Shown here piece by piece: positions 18,348-26,546 of a DNA stretch of 64,000 bases; position 1 is the stretch's first letter; every line of letters begins with the position of its first letter. Source of the stretch: Minisyncoccota bacterium (GTDB lineage: Bacteria; Patescibacteriota; Minisyncoccia; UBA6257; 02-FULL-45-10c); the NCBI GenBank assembly GCA_036517155.1, contig DATDXY010000009.1, forward strand, positions 2,141 to 66,140, given 5' to 3'. The notes under the pieces were generated by a model, which saw only the letters and a list, made by a program, of their open reading frames with translations, did not search any database and was not told the origin of the DNA. A program made the position numbers and the translations under genes.

Positions 18348-18677
18348 TTATCGATTATCTCCGTCACCGCCAATTTTATTTCGTTCCAAACGAGAATAAA
18401 GTTTTTTGATATTGCCATCAGCAACATTTTCCAAGGAAATTCCTAATTCACTGGCGATTTGAGCAAGGTACCACAACACATCCCCCAATTCTTTTTCAAT
18501 AGTATCTTTATCTTCTTGTCCAAACACGTCTTTTTTATCTCGGTGTACTTTTTTTATTTTTCCGCAGACCTCGCCAGCTTCGCTGGCCAGGCCGAGAGTC
18601 GGATAAAAAATATTTTTCCCCGCATTCGGATATAACGCGGTTTTTCTGGAGAGTTTTTGGTATTCTTCAAACGTCAT
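18348..18677 (-). CDS. MazG-like nucleotide pyrophosphohydrolase
   Basis: EAGEVCGKIKK...ELGDVLWYLAQIASELGISL pattern of MazG/YpjD family; 109 aa. Confidence 0.75.
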   Translation of the reverse strand: MTFEEYQKLSRKTALYPNAGKNIFYPTLGLASEAGEVCGKIKKVHRDKKDVFGQEDKDTIEKELGDVLWYLAQIASELGISLENVADGNIKKLYSRLERNKIGGDGDNR

Positions 18678-18683
18678 ATGCTA

Positions 18684-19229
18684 TTAGCGGTAAGTTGGGT
18701 TATGTTCCTTAATATTGGCGATTTTTGATTCGTAACGGGCGCAGGCGAATAAAAATCCCGAAAGGCGATTAAGATAAGCAAGAATATCCGGATTTATTTT
18801 CTTTTTTTTGGCTAGCCTCAGCGTTTCCCGTTCGGCGCGGCGGCAGACGGTGCGAGCGTAATCAAACCAGGCAGCTTGTTGGTTCTCTCCGCTGATAACG
18901 AATTTTTTTTCCGGCTGAATTTCTTTTTCTAAAACATCAATCACAGTTTCTAACCCAGTGATTTTGTTATGAGGAAATTCTGGAGCTTTAAATTTTTTCC
19001 CCAACATAATGACCGCCAAATTTGCTTGTATGATAAAAAGATTTTCTTGAACGCCTTTCAGCCCTTCTTGAAATTGTGGTTGGATTTGATAACTGCGGAT
19101 CAAACCCAGCAGGCTATTCAGTTCGTCTAAATGGCCCAGCGCTTCCATTTCGCAGCAAGTTTTATCTATTTTTTTCCCGCAAATCAAGCTTTTACCTTTA
19201 TCTCCCTTGCCTGTGTAAAAAAGTCCCAT
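18684..19229 (-). CDS. ATP:cob(I)alamin adenosyltransferase, PduO-type
   Basis: N-terminus MGLFYTGKGDKGKSLI... and overall pattern of PduO N-terminal domain; 181 aa. Confidence 0.7.
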   Translation of the reverse strand: MGLFYTGKGDKGKSLICGKKIDKTCCEMEALGHLDELNSLLGLIRSYQIQPQFQEGLKGVQENLFIIQANLAVIMLGKKFKAPEFPHNKITGLETVIDVLEKEIQPEKKFVISGENQQAAWFDYARTVCRRAERETLRLAKKKKINPDILAYLNRLSGFLFACARYESKIANIKEHNPTYR

Positions 19230-19239
19230 AGAGAAGTAA

Positions 19240-19461
19240 TTATATCATAACCTCAATAACCTTTTGTTTGCTTTTAAGCCCGTGAGTAAAACGTACGCGG
19301 GAAAGTGGAACGCGGAAATGAGCAGCCACTGCTTGTAAAATTGCCAGATTCGCTAAATTTTCTCGAGCTGGTTCTTGAACGGAGATTTTGAAATGCGTAG
19401 CATCGATTTCTCGGAGAGAAGCACGGGTAGCGCCGGGAGAAGCGGTAACGTGAATCCGCAT
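19240..19461 (-). CDS. DUF167 (YggU) family protein
   Basis: 73 aa; MRIHVTASPGATRASLREID... Confidence 0.55.
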   Translation of the reverse strand: MRIHVTASPGATRASLREIDATHFKISVQEPARENLANLAILQAVAAHFRVPLSRVRFTHGLKSKQKVIEVMI

Positions 19462-19464
19462 AAC

Positions 19465-20019
19465 TTATGGCTGGAGAATATCCTCAATCCGGCCATCTAT
19501 AGAAATAATGACTTCTTGAACAGTCGGAAATTGTTTCAGGGTTTGGGTGATTTGGGCACGAATAGCGGAAACTCGGCAAGAGCCGCCCACCTGATTTTCT
19601 AATTGGGTATCAAAATCTGCTTTAGCGACGCCATTTTCAATAGTTAAGCTCTGTAACTTTACGTTTTCATTCAGACTAGTAAAAAAACCGTCAGTTTTTT
19701 CTGCGCTGGTTGGCCCTTGTAAGAGCGCCAAAAGAGAAGCGCGGCCAACGGCGGAAGTTTTTTCTATTTCCCGAGTAACCGGAAAAACTTTATTGCAGGA
19801 AAATTCCGGATCCAGATTGCTGTTATTAAAGAAAGCCCGGACAACCATAGTTTCTTTCTCTTTTTCTTCAGCCACGGAAAGAAGCGCATTGCCAGAAAGA
19901 TTTTCTTGCAGATCGGCCATTGTATTGCTGCTGCCGTTCCGTGCCCGATAAATCCACCCGCCAATCAAAAGAACTATTAGAATAAAAATAGTCCAATATA
20001 CGATTTGTTTGTTTTTCAT
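19465..20019 (-). CDS. GerMN domain-containing membrane-anchored protein
   Basis: N-terminal TM; GerMN-like region (VFPVTREIEKTSAVGRASLLALLQGPTSAE...VQEVIISIDG). Confidence 0.6.
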   Translation of the reverse strand: MKNKQIVYWTIFILIVLLIGGWIYRARNGSSNTMADLQENLSGNALLSVAEEKEKETMVVRAFFNNSNLDPEFSCNKVFPVTREIEKTSAVGRASLLALLQGPTSAEKTDGFFTSLNENVKLQSLTIENGVAKADFDTQLENQVGGSCRVSAIRAQITQTLKQFPTVQEVIISIDGRIEDILQP

Positions 20020-20054
20020 ATAGGCTAATTATAGCACTTCTTACTGGAGTTCTA

Positions 20055-20077
20055 TATTTGTGCCCTCGAAGGGAATC
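20055..20077. repeat. 23-bp direct repeat = duplicated 3' end of tRNA-Arg (17 nt) plus 6 nt of flank
   Basis: tatttgtgccctcgaagggaatc identical at 20055..20077 and 20265..20287. Confidence 0.8.
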
Positions 20078-20215
20078 AGGGTTTCGCTCGCAGCTAGATA
20101 GCCCGCTCGCTCACCGAACCCTACCGCCGCACCCCGACCCCCGTACTTGGACACCTTCGGTTTCCAACGTCGCTTCGCTCCTGCCTTCCTGATACGGGGT
20201 GCGGCTGGTTCGATT
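20078..20215 (-). ncRNA. unassigned GC-rich structured element between the tRNA-Arg 3'-end repeats
   Basis: On minus strand: 5' GGGAATC pairs with 3' GATTCCC; internal long helix GCCGCACCCCG / CGGGGUGCGGC; GC content far above surroundings; no ORF with RBS. Confidence 0.25.
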
Positions 20216-20231
20216 CCCATATCAAAAACAA

Positions 20232-20262
20232 AATAAAAAATCACTCGGCAAGCGAATGATTT
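20232..20262. terminator. hairpin flanked by A-run and T-run (terminator-like) between tRNA-Arg and the structured element
   Basis: aaaaaATCACTCGgcaagCGAATGATttttt, 8-bp stem with one mismatch. Confidence 0.4.
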
Positions 20263-20270
20263 TTTATTTG

Positions 20271-20342
20271 TGCCCTCGAAGGGAATCGAACCCCTATCAA
20301 CCGGTTCGAAGCCGGTTACTTTATCCATTAAGCTACGAGGGC
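20271..20342 (-). tRNA. tRNA-Arg (anticodon UCG)
   Basis: GCCCTCGTAGCTTAATGGATAAAGTAACCGGCTTCGAACCGGTTGATAGGGGTTCGATTCCCTTCGAGGGCA; anticodon loop CTTCGAA. Confidence 0.85.
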
Positions 20343-20417
20343 CTTTTGTTTGAATCTTATTATAAAGCTTCAAAAATAAAAAGGGATCTAGAATCAGATC
20401 CCTTTTTAGCGGGGTGG

Positions 20418-20558
20418 TTAAGCGGAGGTGGCGACGGCAACAATGATAAGGATAACGCCGACTGACAGGAAAGAAATGCAGGTTATTTCGTGAGTTTTTC
20501 TGATTCTCCAACTAACTGTGAACGACAATATGGATGAGGCCAGAATCGCGGTGAACAT
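20418..20558 (-). CDS. small 2-TM membrane protein (46 aa)
   Basis: RBS GGAGG 8 nt upstream of ATG; MFTAILASSILSFTVSWRIRKTHEITCISFLSVGVILIIVAVATSA; below track cutoff. Confidence 0.45.
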   Translation of the reverse strand: MFTAILASSILSFTVSWRIRKTHEITCISFLSVGVILIIVAVATSA

Positions 20559-20573
20559 AGCATATTCCTCCGT

Positions 20574-20747
20574 TTATCGGGGCCGCATTCCGAAAAAGAT
20601 AGCGATCGCAATGAAAGCGACTACGTAGCAGAAGAAGACTTTATTTTTTTCGGACTTGGTTCGGTAATAAAAACCACTGCTGACCGAAAGAAAGAATAAT
20701 GACCCAAAAATAACATTATGGATAATCAAGGCAAGATTGCTGGACAT
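20574..20747 (-). CDS. small 2-TM membrane protein (57 aa)
   Basis: RBS TAAGGAGGG 7 nt upstream of ATG; MSSNLALIIHNVIFGSLFFLSVSSGFYYRTKSEKNKVFFCYVVAFIAIAIFFGMRPR. Confidence 0.45.
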   Translation of the reverse strand: MSSNLALIIHNVIFGSLFFLSVSSGFYYRTKSEKNKVFFCYVVAFIAIAIFFGMRPR

Positions 20748-20850
20748 TTGTTAGCCCTCCTTATATTTTTAATGATCACGTACTATATATAGTCAAACAC
20801 ATAAAACTATTATTTGTCAAGTTAGAAGCAAATACGATATACTTTTTATA

Positions 20851-22311
20851 ATGAACGTGCCGCAAGAAGTGCAAAACATCTCTAAGCAATTACAGAGCGC
20901 TGGTTTTGAAGCGTTTCTTGTTGGTGGCTGCGTACGGGATATTTTACTCGGGAAAGAACCGAAGGATTGGGATATTACGACTAACGCCACGCCCGAACAG
21001 ATCCAAAAAATTTTTCCCGACAGCGTATACGAAAATCAATTTGGAACTGTTGGCGTAAAAACAAATTCCGAAAGCCAGGCTTTGAAAGTTATTGAAGTAA
21101 CCACCTATCGTTTGGAGGGGAAGTATACCGACAAGCGTCATCCAGACGAAGTAACATTTGCTCGGACGATTGAAGAGGATTTGAGCCGGCGGGATTTTAC
21201 CGTAAACGCAATGGCGATGAAAGTCATGGAAAGCGCAGTGCAAGAAATTACTGACCCCTTTGGCGGGCAGGCAGATTTAGAAAAGAAAATAATTCGCGCC
21301 GTAGGCAATCCGGACCAACGATTCCAAGAAGACGCGTTGCGTTTGTTGCGAGCGGTGCGATTTATGGCCCAATTGGGTTTTGTCATTGAAAGCGAAACGG
21401 AAAATGCGATTCATCAGCACGCGGGACTGTTGGAATTTGTTGCTAAAGAAAGAATACGAGATGAATTCAGTAAATTACTGATGAGTAATTTTGCCGCGGA
21501 TGGCGTGGTGCGATTGCAGGTGATTGGGCTTTTGAAATATATTGTATCGGAACTGGAGGAGGGAGTAGGTATTGGGCAAAATAAGCATCATATCTATACT
21601 GTGTTTGAGCATAATTTCCGTTCTTTAGAATATGCGGCACAACAGAATTATTCCTTAGAAGTGCGCATGGCATCGCTTTTGCATGACGTGGGCAAGCCGC
21701 GTTCTAAACGGGGCGAAGGCCCGGACTCTACTTTTTACGGCCATCAAGTCGTTGGCGCGCGCATGGTAATGGAGATTCTGGACCGACTGCATTATTCCAA
21801 AGAATTTATCGAAAAAGTGGCATTATTGGTTCGGGAACATATGTTTGTGTATGATCCAGATACCGTTACGGACGCAGGCGCGCGCCGTTTGCTCCGGCGA
21901 GTCGGCCAGGAAAATATGGAAGATTTGTTTCGATTGCGGGAAGCGGATCGTATCGGTTCCGGAGTGCCTAAAGCCCAACCATATCGTTTGCGGCACTTGA
22001 AATTTCGAATTGAAAAAGTCAGCCAGGATCCAATCAGCGCAAAAATGCTGAAAATAAACGGCGGAGATATTATGAAAATTTTAAATATTCTTCCGGGGCC
22101 AAAAATCGGTTTTATCCTCTCTATTCTTTTAGAGGAAGTTTTAGATGATCCAAGTTTGAATACGGAAGAAACAATGAAAGTTCGCGTAGAACATTTGGGT
22201 CAACTTTCGGAAAAACAATTGGCGGAAATGGCGAAATTCGCGAAAAAATCCGCCGATGAAGCCCAATCGCGGGTAGACGAAGAGATTAAAAAGAAATATT
22301 TTGTTCAATAA
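20851..22311 (+). CDS. cca: CCA-adding tRNA nucleotidyltransferase with HD domain
   Basis: Pol-beta head (FLVGGCVRDILLG...DWDITT), HD motif LLHDVGKP; promoter TTGTCA-18-TATACT upstream. Confidence 0.85.
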   Translation: MNVPQEVQNISKQLQSAGFEAFLVGGCVRDILLGKEPKDWDITTNATPEQIQKIFPDSVYENQFGTVGVKTNSESQALKVIEVTTYRLEGKYTDKRHPDEVTFARTIEEDLSRRDFTVNAMAMKVMESAVQEITDPFGGQADLEKKIIRAVGNPDQRFQEDALRLLRAVRFMAQLGFVIESETENAIHQHAGLLEFVAKERIRDEFSKLLMSNFAADGVVRLQVIGLLKYIVSELEEGVGIGQNKHHIYTVFEHNFRSLEYAAQQNYSLEVRMASLLHDVGKPRSKRGEGPDSTFYGHQVVGARMVMEILDRLHYSKEFIEKVALLVREHMFVYDPDTVTDAGARRLLRRVGQENMEDLFRLREADRIGSGVPKAQPYRLRHLKFRIEKVSQDPISAKMLKINGGDIMKILNILPGPKIGFILSILLEEVLDDPSLNTEETMKVRVEHLGQLSEKQLAEMAKFAKKSADEAQSRVDEEIKKKYFVQ

Positions 22312-23010
22312 CTATTTTTTGGGCAGGAACTTTTGGTAAGCGTCAAAGATACTCATCGCCGCAAAAATAATTTCAATGACAATCAGCGTATGTCCGATTG
22401 TCAGAAGCCAATTAGAAGGCGATAAAATATAAAGAAAGAAAAAAAGATAAGCGATGGTCCAAAAGAAAAATTGCAATCGGCCCAACACGGATGCTTGTAG
22501 ATTGTTGTGGGAAAGATGGTGGATTAAGATCGATGTTTCCTGGTTATGTTTGAGATATTGGATAACAAAATCTTTTAGCGTAATCCAAAGAAGAATAATT
22601 TGCAGCCCCCAAATCACACCGATGAATTCCAACGAAAGCACTTGATAAGAAAAAAGGAGATATGTTGCCCAAGCAACCAAAGAACCATCGCGTAAATGAT
22701 CCAGCCAAATACCTAGAATGGTGACATTCTTGTTATTGCGGGCGAGTGGTCCATCAATTGCGTCGGCAAGACCAATCAGCCCCAATAAAATAATTTGCGG
22801 TCCGAGAGGATATCCTTGAAAATGCATTCCAATTGGAACCAGTAGTAAAAGATAGCTGGCGATAGTCAGATGATTGGCGGTAATGCCAATCTGGCCCAAA
22901 AAATTGGTCAGCGGCCGGAAAAGATTATCCCGCCAATTTTTTTCCATTGCCGTCAATAAATCATCCTTTTTCTTCCGGAGGAATTGTCTAATTTTTTGCC
23001 GTTTTTCCAT
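22312..23010 (-). CDS. CDP-alcohol phosphatidyltransferase family protein
   Basis: DAIDGPLAR...G..LD...D signature; multi-TM. Confidence 0.75.
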   Translation of the reverse strand: MEKRQKIRQFLRKKKDDLLTAMEKNWRDNLFRPLTNFLGQIGITANHLTIASYLLLLVPIGMHFQGYPLGPQIILLGLIGLADAIDGPLARNNKNVTILGIWLDHLRDGSLVAWATYLLFSYQVLSLEFIGVIWGLQIILLWITLKDFVIQYLKHNQETSILIHHLSHNNLQASVLGRLQFFFWTIAYLFFFLYILSPSNWLLTIGHTLIVIEIIFAAMSIFDAYQKFLPKK

Positions 23011-23042
23011 AAATGGAGTATAACATTATAATATTAAGATTA

Positions 23043-23113
23043 CGGACTGTAGTATACCGGCAGTATACACGCTTCGGGTGCGTGAGGACTGGGTTCAATT
23101 CCCAGCAGTCCGA
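23043..23113 (+). tRNA. tRNA-Pro (anticodon CGG)
   Basis: CGGACTGTAGTATACCGGCAGTATACACGCTTCGGGTGCGTGAGGACTGGGTTCAATTCCCAGCAGTCCGA; anticodon loop TTCGGGT. Confidence 0.8.
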
Positions 23114-23115
23114 CA

Positions 23116-23154
23116 AAATAAAAAACCAGCCCTTTTGAGGTGGCTGGGTTTTTA
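23116..23154. terminator. bidirectional terminator
   Basis: AAAAACCAGCC-cttttgaggt-GGCTGGGTTTTT. Confidence 0.7.
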
Positions 23155-23166
23155 TTGGATAGGAAT

Positions 23167-23391
23167 TTATTGTTGGGTTTCGCTGAGGTTTGCGGCGGCG
23201 ATGCTGAAGAAGGGACGGATTGCAGCGTAAGTCATGCACAGTGTCATGACAATCATAACGCCGAAGAAGATGTTGACCCGAATGTCGTGCGCAGCGCCTT
23301 CGCTATAGGCGATCCACCAGGATCCGCCGAGACTGACAGCGACGGCTATGAAAAGCGCTTTTACCCCCTGAACAATATGTTTATCAATCAT
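23167..23391 (-). CDS. small membrane protein (74 aa)
   Basis: RBS ATAGGAGG upstream; two hydrophobic helices. Confidence 0.45.
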   Translation of the reverse strand: MIDKHIVQGVKALFIAVAVSLGGSWWIAYSEGAAHDIRVNIFFGVMIVMTLCMTYAAIRPFFSIAAANLSETQQ

Positions 23392-23522
23392 AAATTCCTC
23401 CTATATTGAAATGAGCTATTAACTTGCCCTGATTATAACATATTTTTCCCACATTTGTCAATATGGATGGTGCGTATATTTTTGGCAAAAATAGTTTTTC
23501 GGTTATGATGGATATATAAAAT

Positions 23523-24086
23523 ATGATTAAAATCGGCGATAAAATTCCAGACGCATCTTTTGAGGCATTCCATAACGAGGAAATTAAAAAAATGAAGTTC
23601 TCGGATTTGAAGGGGAAGTGGATAGTGCTTATCTTTTACCCGGCGGATTTTACTTTCATTTGCCCGACAGAACTAGAAGAAGCGGCCCAGCATTATTCGG
23701 AATTCCAAAAACTAGGCGCGGAAATTTTAAGCGTAAGTACTGATAAAGTGCATACACACAAGGCCTGGCACGATTCGTCTCCAGCAATCGGGAAAGTAAA
23801 ATTTCCCATGATCGCGGATCCAAATGCGAAACTTTGTAAAGAATTTGGCACCTACATTGAAGAGGAGGGTGTGGCCTTACGTGGCAGTTTTATAATTGAT
23901 CCGGATGGAGTTTTAAAAGCCTACGAAATGCACCATAATAGTATCGGCCGAAGCATTAAAGAATTATTGCGGAAGTTGCAGGCGGCGATTCATGTTCGGA
24001 AGTACGGGGATCAGGTGTGTCCGGCCAGTTGGGAACCGGGAGACGACACTCTGAAGCCGGGACTCAATTTAGTAGGTAAAATCTAA
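23523..24086 (+). CDS. typical 2-Cys peroxiredoxin (AhpC/Prx1 family)
   Basis: FYPADFTFICPTE motif and resolving Cys region (VCPASW); 187 aa. Confidence 0.9.
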   Translation: MIKIGDKIPDASFEAFHNEEIKKMKFSDLKGKWIVLIFYPADFTFICPTELEEAAQHYSEFQKLGAEILSVSTDKVHTHKAWHDSSPAIGKVKFPMIADPNAKLCKEFGTYIEEEGVALRGSFIIDPDGVLKAYEMHHNSIGRSIKELLRKLQAAIHVRKYGDQVCPASWEPGDDTLKPGLNLVGKI

Positions 24087-24099
24087 TTAATATTTATAT

Positions 24100-24687
24100 A
24101 TGGCATACGAACCAAAAAACTTTGACCAAATATTAGGAACACCGGGTTTTAGCGAACAGTTATTAAAGAATCACTTCACGCTGTATCAGGGCTACGTTAC
24201 CAATACCAATAAATTAGCCGAGGCGTTAAATACTTGGACGAAAGAGGGGAAAAACAACACGCCGGAATATGCGGAACTGAAGCGTCGCTTTGGCTGGGAA
24301 TGGAACGGGATGCGTTTGCACGAATTGTATTTTGGCAACATGCGGAACGGCGGTTCTAAATTAGATCGAAATCCAAAACTCCACGAAAAGATTCTGGACA
24401 CCTTTGGCAGTTACGAGAATTGGGAAAAAGATTTTAAAGCCAGCGGAACGATGCGGGGGATTGGTTGGACGATTTTATATCACGATCCTATCGGCGGTCG
24501 GATTTTTAACACCTGGGTGAATGAACACGATCTCGGTCACCTGGCAGGATGCGCGCCGATTTTGATTCTGGATGTCTTTGAACACGCGTATATGTTGGAT
24601 TACGGTTTGAAACGGGCGGATTATATAGAGGCATTTTTTAAGGCAATAGATTGGAGCGTAGTGACGGAGCGTTTCAATGAGAAATAA
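24100..24687 (+). CDS. Fe/Mn superoxide dismutase-like protein (divergent; metal-ligand substitutions)
   Basis: C-terminal LDVFEHAYMLDYGLKRADYIEAFFKAIDW matches SOD D-x-W-E-H-A-Y-Y motif; the 'GGH..H' ligand region reads GGSKL. Confidence 0.65.
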   Translation: MAYEPKNFDQILGTPGFSEQLLKNHFTLYQGYVTNTNKLAEALNTWTKEGKNNTPEYAELKRRFGWEWNGMRLHELYFGNMRNGGSKLDRNPKLHEKILDTFGSYENWEKDFKASGTMRGIGWTILYHDPIGGRIFNTWVNEHDLGHLAGCAPILILDVFEHAYMLDYGLKRADYIEAFFKAIDWSVVTERFNEK

Positions 24688-25807
24688 GTTATTGATTGTT
24701 GCGCTGGTAGTTTTAGGGTCGGCGTTGTTTCATGGATTGGGATTGAAAATTGGGGGAGAGCGAATTTTACCGTGGCATATTGCCTATAGCGATATGCCGG
24801 CGTTTTCGGAACGAGCATTGGCGCCAGGTTTTGCTTATCTCAATAAAAAAATAGAATACCCGGTGATTACCGGACTGATTATAGATATTACCGGGAAAGT
24901 AGGACGAAACGTGCCGGGATATTTTATTGTTAACGCGCTTTTGTTGATTGGTTTCGCGGTTGCCAGTACTTATTTATTGCAGAGATTAACGGAACATTAC
25001 CCTGACCGGTCAGGTAGTCAAGATAATGTGTGGCGCTATTGGATTTTTGCTCCATCTCTGTTGATGTTTGGAGTCTATAATTGGGATTTGGTCGCAGTCT
25101 TTTTTTCTATCTGCGCGCTATATGCGATGGCAAAAAATAAAGATTATTGGGCAGCAATCTGGATTGCCATCGGTTTTTCCACCAAATTTTTTCCTGCGTT
25201 ATTTTTCCTCCCGTTGCTTTTGAAACAGGATAATTGGAAGAAAATCGGATATCTCATCGGAATTTTTATTGCCGTCACGCTAGTTATTAATAGTTATTTT
25301 ATCTTGAATGCCTTTGATAATTGGTATTACTTTTTTGAACTTAATCGAACGCGAAATTCCAATATTGATTCTATTTGGACGACTATTCGGTTTTTATTTA
25401 GTCCGTATCTGGAAAGCGTGCCGCGCGTTAATGCCTTATCGCTGGTCACTTTTTCTGGATTATACGGCTGGCTGATGTGGCGTTTTCGAAAAGCAGATAC
25501 GGTGAAACTTTGTTTTTTGTCGGTGCTTGCTTTTTTATTGACCAATAAAGTTTTTTCTCCGCAATATCTTTTGTGGTTATTGCCATTTTTTGTAATTTTT
25601 TCCGTGCCCAAAATAAAATGGTTTTATGCGCTGGAGGGGGCGAATATTGTATCCACATTTATTGTGTTGCGCTGGTTCCTGATTGAACGGAACGTTGCAT
25701 ATTTTTATTGGAGCGCTCCTTTAGTAATAATTCGGCATATTATTTTAATTAGCGTGTTCATTTATGTGGATCGTTTGATTCTGCCAATAAAAAAGCCAGC
25801 GGATTAA
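24677..25807 (+). CDS. polytopic membrane protein, GT-C-like glycosyltransferase (DUF2029-like)
   Basis: 376 aa, ~10 TM helices, pattern resembling DUF2029/GT87 family. Confidence 0.4.
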   Translation: MRNKLLIVALVVLGSALFHGLGLKIGGERILPWHIAYSDMPAFSERALAPGFAYLNKKIEYPVITGLIIDITGKVGRNVPGYFIVNALLLIGFAVASTYLLQRLTEHYPDRSGSQDNVWRYWIFAPSLLMFGVYNWDLVAVFFSICALYAMAKNKDYWAAIWIAIGFSTKFFPALFFLPLLLKQDNWKKIGYLIGIFIAVTLVINSYFILNAFDNWYYFFELNRTRNSNIDSIWTTIRFLFSPYLESVPRVNALSLVTFSGLYGWLMWRFRKADTVKLCFLSVLAFLLTNKVFSPQYLLWLLPFFVIFSVPKIKWFYALEGANIVSTFIVLRWFLIERNVAYFYWSAPLVIIRHIILISVFIYVDRLILPIKKPAD

Positions 25808-25822
25808 TGCGGCTGGCTTTTT
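25789..25822 (+). terminator. rho-independent terminator overlapping the stop codon
   Basis: AAAAAAGCCAGC-ggattaatgc-GGCTGGCTTTTT. Confidence 0.7.
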
Positions 25823-26085
25823 ATTGTGTCTTTGGTATAGAGAATGGTTTCGGGCATAATGACTTGCAGATCTTTGTGATCATCCTCCAGAAAAAGATCA
25901 TGATTAACCTCGCGGAGTTTTAGCGGTCGAGCAGTTTGATTCTTTTTTGCAAAGACATCAGTGCCGTTTAATTCTTTTACTGGAATTATAGTCCCAAGCG
26001 AGTTAACAAGCTGATATTCATAAGTAGGATGTCCATTCCCATTGTTGCTGGGGACTTGTTTGACCGTCCATCGCGTAAAGGTCAT
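25804..26085 (-). CDS. hypothetical protein (93 aa)
   Basis: RBS AAAGGAGG upstream of ATG. Confidence 0.4.
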   Translation of the reverse strand: MTFTRWTVKQVPSNNGNGHPTYEYQLVNSLGTIIPVKELNGTDVFAKKNQTARPLKLREVNHDLFLEDDHKDLQVIMPETILYTKDTIKSQPH

Positions 26086-26135
26086 ACAATACCTCCTTTG
26101 TGAAGAACACCTTTTTATAAAGTATACCTAATAAA

Positions 26136-26169
26136 ATAAAAACCCGCTAGAGTAGTAGAGCGGGTTTTT
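26136..26169. terminator. terminator
   Basis: AAAAACCCGCT-agagtagtag-AGCGGGTTTTT. Confidence 0.7.
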
Positions 26170-26182
26170 AGGAACGGATAGT

Positions 26183-26458
26183 TTATGGGTAGGGATTTGG
26201 GTTTTGAATCGGCGGAGAAAAACGCGGAACAACCCAGAGTCGGCGGAACAACATTAAAATTGCCCACACAACAAGCAAAGCGCCCAGAATAGAAAGCACC
26301 ATCACTGCTGCTGTTCGATAATCTTCACTTGGGAGCAAAGAAGTTTTGAATTTGCTGAAAAAATAAGCAGCAAGAAAACACTTGATGCTTAACGCGATGC
26401 AAGCAGCTACAGAAGCAAACGTTTTTTTGAACAAGCCGAAGTAGATTTGTTCGTTCAT
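26183..26458 (-). CDS. hypothetical membrane protein (91 aa)
   Basis: RBS AAGAGG upstream; two TM helices. Confidence 0.4.
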   Translation of the reverse strand: MNEQIYFGLFKKTFASVAACIALSIKCFLAAYFFSKFKTSLLPSEDYRTAAVMVLSILGALLVVWAILMLFRRLWVVPRFSPPIQNPNPYP

Positions 26459-26546
26459 TATATACCTCTTTTGTGAAGGATCTGCATTGGACTTGCCAAT
26501 GAAGCAATTATCGATAAGATTAAATCTATCGGTTTAATTTGTAAAT

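Noticed and set aside
20078-20215. Possibility that the structured element is SRP (4.5S) RNA because of a GGAAGGCAGGAGC string
   Set aside because: I could not fold a continuous helix-8-like hairpin with GNRA tetraloop and symmetric loop; similarity is limited to a short purine-rich string.
20041-20511. 156-aa minus-strand ORF (and 20199..20465 plus ORF)
   Set aside because: Spans tRNA-Arg, the direct repeats and the structured element; translation is low-complexity Arg/Gly-rich; an artefact of GC-rich RNA sequence.
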